Made by a program: the position numbers and the translations under genes. Positions 1 to 9,300 of a DNA stretch of 64,000 nt are shown here, one piece after another; the first letter of the stretch is position 1, and every line of letters begins with the position of its first letter. Below the pieces are notes generated by a model that was given only the letters and a program-made list of their open reading frames with translations, had not been told where the DNA came from and did no database searches. The DNA lies in assembly GCA_951813565.1 (NCBI GenBank), contig OX638351.1, forward strand, positions 3,424,001-3,488,000, given 5' to 3'. This DNA is from an uncultured Poribacteria bacterium. GTDB lineage: Bacteria; Poribacteria; WGA-4E; WGA-3G.

Positions 1-803
1 TCGATTTGTGTCCATCGTGCAACACGCCCGTTCAACGTTCTGAAACTGAAGTGGCAGTACGATGTGTGAATGCGGGATGTTCGGCGCAATTGAAACGCCG
101 AATTGCGCATTTTGCTTCGCGTAATGCCCTTGAAATTGAAGGGCTCGGTCCTGCCACAGTAAATCAATTAGTAGATAATGAACTCGTTCGCGATGTAGCA
201 GACCTCTACACTTTAAAAGCAGAAGAAGTGGGTAAATTAGATCGGATGGGACCGGGACTTACAGGCAACCTTATGCATCAAATTGCGCATAGCAAAGATG
301 CCCCCGCAGCGAAGGTCCTGGTCGGATTGAGTATATTTCATGTCGGGGATACCGTCGCGGAACTCTTAATTGACCACTTTTTATTTATAGAAGGTTTGAT
401 TCAAGCCGATGCCGATGCTATTGAAGCTATTCCGGGGATCGGTCCACAAATAGCAGAAAGCGTTTCCACCTTCTTCGCACAAAACCGTCCTTTAATTGAA
501 AAATTAAAAGCGGCAGGATTGCGATGCTTTACGGAAGAGGTCGTTAAAACACCAAAGATTTTAGAAGGGACTTTTTTTAGCGGTAAAACGTTTGTTGTTA
601 CGGGCAGTCTTGGGGATATGACGCGTACAGAGGCATCAACACAGATTAAGGCACGCGGTGGGAAAGTTACATCCAGCGTAACAGGAAAGACAGATTATCT
701 TATCGCAGGTGAAGGTGCGGGATCCAAATATGATAAGGCAGTTGAATTAGATGTGGAGATTCTGACAGCAGAGGCGTTTTCTGAACATCTGAAGGAAAAC
801 TGA
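1..803 (+). CDS. ligA: NAD-dependent DNA ligase, C-terminal part (5'-truncated by the window edge)
   Basis: Zn-finger CPSC...RCVNAGC, HFASRNALEIEGLG, HhH repeats (IPGIGPQIA) and a C-terminal BRCT domain (GKTFVVTGSL...SSVTGKTDYLIAGE..GSK). Confidence 0.96.
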   Translation, partial: DLCPSCNTPVQRSETEVAVRCVNAGCSAQLKRRIAHFASRNALEIEGLGPATVNQLVDNELVRDVADLYTLKAEEVGKLDRMGPGLTGNLMHQIAHSKDAPAAKVLVGLSIFHVGDTVAELLIDHFLFIEGLIQADADAIEAIPGIGPQIAESVSTFFAQNRPLIEKLKAAGLRCFTEEVVKTPKILEGTFFSGKTFVVTGSLGDMTRTEASTQIKARGGKVTSSVTGKTDYLIAGEGAGSKYDKAVELDVEILTAEAFSEHLKEN

Positions 804-819
804 TGGTTTGGTTATTTAT

Positions 820-971
820 ACCCAAGTTGCCACCTATTTCGCAAATGCTCTTGTAGGAGGGGTTTCTAACCCCGATTTAGAACAAAAAACATAAGAATCA
901 GCGAAAAAGCCTTGTTTTTTTAGTAAAAAGCAGTGTTTGCTAACTTGAAATCTTGTCCGAGCAACTTAGGT
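820..971. mobile_element. MITE family B (TIR ACCCAAGTTGC / GCAACTTAGGT) with an internal REP-like hairpin
   Basis: Inverted ends flanked by TATTTAT on both sides (813-819, 972-978). Related ends occur at 18957-19299 and, as a partial copy, at ~29936-30034. Confidence 0.75.
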
Positions 972-997
972 TATTTATGAACAAATATCTCAGATAA

Positions 998-1861
998 TCA
1001 GCAGAGAAGATGGAGAAAAGTTATCACCTGTTTCGTACGTGGAATTCGCCGTGAATGTTCAAAAATCTTGTAGCTTACACTCTCCGACTTGCTTCCATTC
1101 GTTCGAGATTCTTTCGGTTTGCACCAGTAATTTAACGGCACTTCACCCGTTAACTCACCAACGCTTGTCCCGTTAGTAAACTGGGACGCTAATGCCTGCG
1201 GATGAAGCGGTTGTCCGCTAACCAGATAGCAATCCTTGTTCTCGCGAAACCCATCGGAATACGCGAAGTACCGAATGACACCTGCCTCAGAAAACACAAT
1301 CGCACAAACAAATCTGGATAACCTTGTATAATGAATCCCTGTGCTTGTTAAAGACGTGCCGTACTGTGCAGCAAGCGCAGCAATCGCTGGTAATCCTACT
1401 TGTGAATGGGCAGATGAATCTGCCGAAAAGATAGGGGTAGGCATTAGCAATTCAGCAGCAAATTGATTTGCTCGCTGTTCACTCTTTAGATATGCTTGTT
1501 TCTTCGCCTGTGCTGTGTCTTCACCCTGTTCTGCAATCATGAAATTCAATCGTTCATCCATTGAACAAGAATCAACAGTATCGCGCTCTAACATGTAATG
1601 ACCGATTTCATGCGCAATAGTGAAATTTCGGCGAGACTCTGATCGGATACGCGCATTGACAAGAATACCCCACGCATTCTCGACTCGCATCAGGCAACCG
1701 TCACAAGTGTCGGGAAGTTCACGTTCCCAGATCACAATGCCGAGTTTTGTCGCGATTTGTCTTGGGTCTATCGGAAAATCTTGTATTTTAAAGTCGCGAA
1801 GGATGCCCCATGCCGCCGCAGCGGGACTGTCCTTCGCATATTGCAGCCGATTATTCAGCAT
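998..1861 (-). CDS. ImmA/IrrE family Zn metallopeptidase (DUF955), probably with a C-terminal GAF-like region
   Basis: RRNFTIAHEIGH (HExxH) and EQRANQFAAELLMP motifs. The ATG at 1861 overlaps the XRE stop, so it is preferred over the track start at 1924. Confidence 0.88.
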   Translation of the reverse strand: MLNNRLQYAKDSPAAAAWGILRDFKIQDFPIDPRQIATKLGIVIWERELPDTCDGCLMRVENAWGILVNARIRSESRRNFTIAHEIGHYMLERDTVDSCSMDERLNFMIAEQGEDTAQAKKQAYLKSEQRANQFAAELLMPTPIFSADSSAHSQVGLPAIAALAAQYGTSLTSTGIHYTRLSRFVCAIVFSEAGVIRYFAYSDGFRENKDCYLVSGQPLHPQALASQFTNGTSVGELTGEVPLNYWCKPKESRTNGSKSESVSYKIFEHSRRIPRTKQVITFLHLLC

Positions 1862-2219
1862 CAGCGGAACCTTCATTCGGTGTTTCTGTTTCCGCTTGTG
1901 TCTTGAGAAATTTATAGAATTCATAGAGCGTTTCTTTATCTTTCTCCGCGAATTCCATCATTCCCCTGAACATTACATTAACCCTCGGATCCGCCAATAA
2001 GTCTTCATAACCACGGTCCTTCTTACCAAGCAGGTAATCTGTTGTTACCTTCAAGGCATCAGACAAACTGGAAAGCGTATTAAAAGAGGGTTTTCGAGTT
2101 CCTGACTCAAATTGAGAAATAGCTGCAGGCGTCAAATTCGCTGCCTTTGCCAATTCAGTTTGCGTCATTTTAAGTTCACGTCGACGTTGTTTTATTCGTG
2201 AGATAACTTCTTCACTCAT
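1851..2219 (-). CDS. XRE/Cro-C1 HTH transcriptional regulator
   Basis: RIKQRRRELKMTQTELA...AISQFESGTRKPS...LKVTTDYLLG; AGGA RBS upstream. Confidence 0.93.
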   Translation of the reverse strand: MSEEVISRIKQRRRELKMTQTELAKAANLTPAAISQFESGTRKPSFNTLSSLSDALKVTTDYLLGKKDRGYEDLLADPRVNVMFRGMMEFAEKDKETLYEFYKFLKTQAETETPNEGSADAE

Positions 2220-2381
2220 GAGTAATTCCTTTCATTGTTAAAAAAAATAAAAAAGCATAATTTTAGGAGATTCCGATACAAAATTTCTTTACAAGAAACG
2301 AAATCCAATAAGAATGTGAAATATAGTTTAACATAAAATTTAATTAAATGCAAACTTTTTTGTCTTATTTTGAATAAAAAA

Positions 2382-2790
2382 ACGTGAGTTTGATAATTAG
2401 ACCTAAATGTAGATGTCCGTTGGGTAGAGCGAAGCGAAACCTATAGGCGTCAATTTAGTGCCTGATTTTCTTGTGGGAGGGCTTTCTAAGCCCGATATTG
2501 TGAGGCTCAAACCGTTATATCGGGGTTGAAAACCCGCAGCATGCCAAACGCGCATGCTGCGTTGATTCGCTCCCACAATAGGATATATCCTAAAATTGAC
2601 GCCTATGAGTAGAGCGAAGCGAAACCCAACAATTCAACCGTTTTGGAAGTAATTTAAAGTTGAGTTTCACTCATTTTCCTGTTATTTCGGCATCAAATGG
2701 AGAAAAAATCTCTCTTTTATGTCCGATTTTTTGTTTATTCCGTTCTACCCAACGGACAGTGGTTATTGAATTTTATTATCAAACTCACGT
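2382..2790. mobile_element. MITE family A (TIR ACGTGAGTTTGATAAT) carrying a nested family C element
   Basis: ACGTGAGTTTGATAAT ... ATTATCAAACTCACGT, with TAAAAAA on both flanks. Confidence 0.8.
2442..2607. mobile_element. MITE family C (TIR (C/T)ATAGGCGTCAATTT) with a 19-bp flanking duplication
   Basis: Inverted ends; direct repeat (G/A)GTAGAGCGAAGCGAAACC at 2423-2441 and 2608-2626. Confidence 0.8.
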
Positions 2791-2852
2791 TAAAAAAGAA
2801 TTTTATACAGAATTCTGTTCCAAACTTAAATTATAACGAGAAGTATCACGTA

Positions 2853-3011
2853 ACGTGAGTTTGATAAATAGTTAGGATTTCTACATTTCCTCTTAAAGTC
2901 CTCTGATAAGGGGGATTTAGGGGTTAAAAACACCAAAATAACGATTTTTTCAGCAAATATGCCCGTTCTCTGTTCAATTTTTGCCTGTCCAGTTAATTAT
3001 CAAACTCACGT
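2853..3011. mobile_element. MITE family A
   Basis: ACGTGAGTTTGATAA ... TTATCAAACTCACGT, flanked by a perfect 9-bp TATCACGTA (2844-2852, 3012-3020). Confidence 0.85.
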
Positions 3012-3068
3012 TATCACGTAGTAAATACGTTTTCTCTTTACTCCAAATTGAGGGTGATGTTATACATT

Positions 3069-3224
3069 GGGTGTGTAAATATTTGGTTACATAGATTCAA
3101 TTTGCAATGATTACGCGGCGTTTCCACTGTAGGGCGGGGTCCCGGGGAATGCCTTAAGGCATTCCCCGGAGACCCGCCCCTACAATAGGAGTTGTGCGGA
3201 TTTCTACAAAAACTTTACACACCC
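3069..3224. mobile_element. MITE family D (TIR GGGTGTGTAAA) with a 9-bp TSD; IS256-like ends by inference
   Basis: GGGTGTGTAAA ... TTTACACACCC, flanked by TTATACATT (3060-3068, 3225-3233). A longer copy lies at 22169-22635. Confidence 0.85.
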
Positions 3225-3240
3225 TTATACATTATTTATG

Positions 3241-3269
3241 TTGACAATAAATTCTAAATTTGGTACACT
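3241..3269 (+). promoter_or_regulatory. Sigma70-type promoter of the giant permease operon
   Basis: TTGACA-N17-TACACT with an extended TGn motif, 35 nt upstream of the ATG at 3305. Confidence 0.7.
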
Positions 3270-3304
3270 AACAAGAAGCGAAACATAGGAATCGGGGAAA
3301 TTAC

Positions 3305-6300
3305 ATGAGAATTAAATATTATATCGTAATAAATTTACTTGTCTTTCTATGCTGTGTTTCGTTCGGTTATGCAGCAGAAGGCAAAAAAACGTTAGGGTTG
3401 TCGGAAGCTGCAATCCAAATACGAGATCAACTTTCTATCCGTAACATTAGAAAAGACCTTGCACGCTTATCAAGTCTTGAAAGCCGCGTTACAGGTTATC
3501 CGCAAGCAGCAAATGGAAGTAAATATATTTTTGACCGTTTCGTTGAAATGGGATTGAAGAATGTTGAAAGTCGTGAATTTACTGTCACAGTTCCTATTGA
3601 TTATGGTAATAGTGCTATTGACATCCTTTCTGCTGATGGTACGGTGCAACACACGTTCCCACTCAAACCGTTGTGGCCGAACCTTGTCCGAACATCCCTT
3701 CTTGCCGATGGTGTCAAACATACTGTTGAAGCAGGAGAAACCCTCGAAAAAATCGCAGAAAACTACGCTGTCCCGCTAACAACTATTGCAGAAAACCCAC
3801 ACAACCAATATTTACCTACACCTGTTGTGGAGGGGAACACGGTTTTCATACCAACTGGCGGTCTTACCGGGCCCTTATTTTACGGAGACGATGCCCAACT
3901 TGCAGATTTCAACGGAAGTAAAGTCGGCGGCTTTTGGTACAGGCTCCAAGAAGGTGATACACTGGCTTCACTAGCGAGACGTTATCGCGTTACGAAAGCG
4001 AGTATAACCGATGATGTTCTCAATGGACATCTGCAGAAAGCTTCCGATGGCATTGATAACAATGAAGATGGTACTGTGGATGAATATGGCGAAATTCCGC
4101 TGTTATCAGAGATTCTTGGATGGGCGACAGATGGCATTGACAACGATGCTGATGGTTGGACAGACGAAATTCCCGGCGATGCCACAGATGGTGTTGATAA
4201 TAACAAAGACGGCCGGATTGACGAGACAGGCGAATTCATCGCCGCAAGCGAATCCGATATCTTTATCCCCAAAGGCGCGATCGTTCTTGCCGAGTTTAAT
4301 TCGGGTACCCGATGGATCAACGCTGCCATGCTTGGTGCCTCCGCTGTTATTTTTATCGAACCAGAAACAACAATCCGAGGCGAAGCAGAAAACAAATTCC
4401 TCACTGTACCAGCCAACATTCCCCGATTTTGGATTTCTAATACAGATGCTGTTCAATTAAAAGATTTTCTTGCCACAGGTGAAGAGGTCAATGTTCGCTT
4501 GCGCGGTAAAATGAAATGGGAACGACGCGTCGGTCAAAACATTCGTGGCTTTTTAGAAGGTGGCGATCCTGTCCTACGCGATGAACTAGTCGTCGTTACC
4601 GCATATTACGATTCTATGTCAGTCGTACCGGCAATTGCCCCTGGTGCTGACCCAACTTGTGGGATTGCTGTCCTAATGGAGCTTGCACGTCTGTTCGGAC
4701 AACCGCAATACCGCCCTGGTCGTTCAGTACTATTTGTTGCTGTTGACGCGCATTTCCAAGGTTTAGCTGGCATGCGCGCATTTATGGAAGGTATTGGACA
4801 AGATATTGTCGGGTCAGCAACTGATTCCCCTGGAACCCCTACTTTGCAAGGGTTAAGAAGGGGTTTGTCAAATGATATTATCGAGTTTGAAGAATTAGGA
4901 CGCAAACTATTACTTTCCATTGATCGGAGTATTTTGGTTGACTTGGACGCGGATTTTTACCACGGCGTGCACGGGATAAAAGAAGACCTTGAATCGCTCT
5001 CCACAACGTTGACAGGACTCTCTACAACCCGTTCTCAAATTGATTGGTTACACAGAGCGCAACGAGATTTCTCAGAACGCCAGAAAAAACAGGTGGATCG
5101 CAACCGAAAACGCGAAAAACAGGGATTCACAGAGGAAGAAAAATCAAGACTCGAAGCGAATCTCGTTCGGTTTGAAAAAGAAGCATTGCAAACGACACAC
5201 TTCCTTCGCGAGATTGTTAACCGACTGGGACAGATTCGGACATCCGCCTTGAAAACGAGTAAGGATGCTCAACGAGAACTCATTGAAACTATCGCATTGC
5301 CTATTGCACGATTAGACACATGGGCAGTGGATAGGCTGATGCGCGAACTTGAATCAGGCGAGATAGATGACCGATACGACACGCATCCAAACGCATCATA
5401 CCTGTTACCGATGAAGGATGGAACCGATTATGAAGTGCCAACACCTGACGATCTACCACCAGAATTATTATCCGAAATTGAACAATTGAACAAGACTCTT
5501 GCCAATTGGGAGATGAGTGATCAGCGTAAATTTGCTTTGATGTGGACACCTGACAAAATACTTGACCGCCACTTAGATTTGCCGACTCTCAGAAAAGCGA
5601 GAGATGCACGAAAGACCCTTGCAAACACAACTGAATCTAAGGAAGATGCCATACCACGAGAGCGAGTACTTCTGGAAAAAATAAAGGAAAATCTCAAGGA
5701 CACCGCTACCATTGAAAATCAAATTAAAGAAGCTATTACGAAATTGAGCAGTGATCGTGAGCACGATCTTCCACCTGAAGTATTAACGCAATATCTAACT
5801 GAAGCATCACAAGAACGGATTAATAGAATTGATGATCAACTCCAGCAACGTTTGACCGAAGCAACTTCAGCATCTGTGGTAGGTGAAGCTGGAGATGGTT
5901 CATCTGAAAATATTCTAATTGAGGATTTGGCACGCGATAAGCAAGGCATTTTTGAAATTGCACTGCGGAATGCCCGTTTAGAACGGACGCGTATCCAGTA
6001 TCTCCTTGATTCCCATGAAACCCTCACACGTGAGTTTCTTGATGAGGAGTTGCTAATTCTGAAAAGTTATCTTTCAGGTGAGGAGGTTGCACAAGCAAAA
6101 GAGGCACGCAAACATATTGCCGCCTATCTGGTTGAAGCCGAAATCCTACAAGCAGTCAAACAGAACGCAGCTTCAGATGTGATCGCTCTTGAAAATCTAA
6201 TCAAGCAGCTCCCATCGCTAACAAGGGATATAGATGCACAAACGAAGGTGCTTCTTCGCGATAATATGCTCACGCTAAGGAATGCGCGATTCCGAAACAT

Positions 6301-9300
6301 TCAGAGCAGAGTTGAGAAGATGTCGCGCATAAGCGAGATAGAATATAATCGCAAACTCGCTCAGATTGAAGCCGCAGTTGCACTACAAGACCTATTCAAC
6401 CGATACTATACCTCTCTTTTCTGTAGCATTGACCTTTCCTCTCAATCGAATCAGTTCGGTGTATTTAACAAAGGATGGTTTTATGACCAACAACCGGAAT
6501 TTGTGTTACGGCGAGAGTTCGCGAGTATTGGCAATAAACTCGCTGCTTATGCAGCTGATGCTGATTTCGGTGTCCGCGTGAGGAAATTATGGCGAGCAAC
6601 AGACGATCAGATTCGTCAAGCGGTTATGGCGCGACAGTGGTCAGTGGCAAGTCAGATTTCTGATAAGGCAGACCTTGAAGGGAAAACGCTTGAGACTCTG
6701 CTTAGCGCACACTATGGTAAACTCACAGGTTTAGGCGGTGTTAGCCGACTCATGAAGATGCAGTTTGAGCAGTGGCGAAACCGAGGTGAACCGTCTGAAG
6801 ATATGCTTAAGGATATGGACTATATCCGCAAAGAGGTAGAACGGTTTATCCGAAACGATGTGCGCAGCGCAAAGAAAAACCGAAAAAACAGTATCCGCAT
6901 GCGTGAACAGTTAGACGCTATGCTAAGACTCCGGCACGAAGACCCCGACACATTTACTGAAGATGAGATAGAGGACATTAAAACATTAATCTCAATTGTA
7001 GGATTGGGCGGCGGTAGTAACTTTGTCAATGCAATTTCCGCGAGTGGTGGAAAAACGTGGAAAACCTATATCCCAGGGAAAATCGCCTTTGATAGTGAGG
7101 TCGCAACACTTGTTGGTAAAACAGGCATCGCCTTTGCAACGATTGAAGACGCGCGCGTCCTTACCGATACACCGCTTGATACGATTGATCGCGTTGATCT
7201 ACGTGAAGATGGCAATCTACATCAACAAGCAAAAACATTGGCATCTCTACTGATACAAGCGCTACGCGATCCACAGATGCCCACTGCAGCACGCGTTGGA
7301 AACTTTTATTGTAACCTTTTCGGTGATGTAGTTGAATTCGATGCCCGTGAATCTGCGTTGCCAAATAAACCTGTACCATATCCGATTGTAACGCTTCGCC
7401 GAAAACACAAAACTATGATGGGGGTACGCGGTGACTTATTCGCCATGGGCGATAATAAAGGTAATTTTGAAGTCGCTGGGTTGGCAATGGAAGGCAGAGC
7501 GACTCGCAGACTTGGTGGTGCGCAAGAAGTAGAGGCATATATCCTTGACTCCGATTCTGGGGATATTGTCTACGCTCCCGATTTAGGGAATTACGGTGCT
7601 AAACTGCTACCGAATAAAGTGCCGATCAACACACGGCGACGGGGATGTCGGGTTGTCACTTTCCCGTGTGTATCCACAACTATCTATGATTTAGTTGACC
7701 AGCGCTATCTCCGTACCTTACGCGAATTAGAGGTGTATGATGCGTTATCCGATAGCCCACCCGAAAAATTCGGCGTGTCTAAACCGTGGCAGCAGGAAGG
7801 TGTTTCTGCAGCTGAACCGATCGCGCTTGTCTATAGCGAACCGCAAAGCCGTATAAAAATTGGGATGGCGTACGGACAAATCGGTAAACGTCTACTTCTT
7901 ATTAAAGCGACCAAAAGCGGTATGAAAAATCCAACGCTTTACACTGGCGAAGGGTTTGTAGTCCGTGAAAACGGCAGTATCCGTCTCACGCCTTATGTTG
8001 TTGTACGCGATATGTGGTGGCTTGATGAGAATCGGTCTCGCCTTTACAAACGGTTCGGTATATCCAGTGATCGGCTTGATAAGTTGCATCAATTTGCCAA
8101 TGAATATCTCTCACGAGCAGAAACTGCACTTTTCCAAAACGACTACCAGCAGGCGCTGAAGTTGGCACGTGCTGCATGGGGATACGAATCACGCGCCTAT
8201 CCGGATGTAAAAAGAACTGGGAACGATGTCGTTAACGGCATTATGTTCTACCTTGCGCTCTTGATGCCGTTTGCCTACTTTATGGAACGGCTTATATTCG
8301 GTTTCCCAAACATTCACAAACAGATTTTAGCCACTTTTGGCATTTTCCTCCTTGTCTTTTACTTCTTAAGTCAGGTGCATCCAGCGTTCCAGATAACAAC
8401 AACGCCCATAATTATCTTAATTGCCTTCATTGTTCTTGCGTTGACTGTGCTTGTCATCAGCATTATCGTTAGGAAATTTGAGGAACAACTTGAAAAGATA
8501 CGTCAGCAGGGCAATAAGGTGTATAAAGCCGATGTCGGTAGGTTGAGCGCAAGTGCTGCAGCATTTAGCCTCGGTATCTCCAATATGCGGAAACGCAAAG
8601 GACGAACTATTCTTACGTGCGCCACATTGGTTATTCTCACGTTTACTGTCATCTCGTTTACATCGGTGCGGACGTTTATGCGTCCTAACCGAACCAGTTT
8701 GCCACAAGTTACACCGCGTTATACAGGCTTACTCATTCGCGATCAGTATTGGCGTCCTCTTGAAGAACCTATCCTTAACTCAATTCTAAACGATATGCAG
8801 AAGACGCAAATTACTGTAAATGATTTAGAACGACTTCTGGAACAGAAAAATCTAATTCTTGCAAAGCAAGGGCAAACGCCACTGGATATACCTGCAGCAA
8901 TTGCAGGATTGCAGGAAAGTGGGTTTATCAAAAATGTTGACGAAGAACCGATTCTCGCTGTTCAAAATGTTGTCGCGCCACGCGCATGGTACCAGTCCTC
9001 TGGAACAGGGGATCAATCTTTTGTACAACTGACGCGAAGCCCGAACACACAAGACACTGCACCACCGACACGCCCGCTCACAGGTGAACCGTTGAGCTTC
9101 GCCGCAAACATGCTTGTTGGCATGAGTGAGTCGGAACCCGCAGTCACTGGTATTGATCGCTATCTCCAATATGGAAAATGGTTTAATCGTGATGATGCTG
9201 ACAATTGGCCAACCGAGTGGCCCTACGCAATCGTTCTTCCGAAAGGGATGGCAGATCTTTTGAAACTAACCGAAAGTGATATGGGGAAAGCGACAATCTC

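Noticed and set aside
1862..1924. Track start of the IrrE ORF at 1924 (also the extended starts at 45231, 49347, 51181, 59024 and 25566)
   Set aside because: These overlap upstream genes or lack an RBS; downstream starts fit RBS, signal-peptide or family N-termini better.
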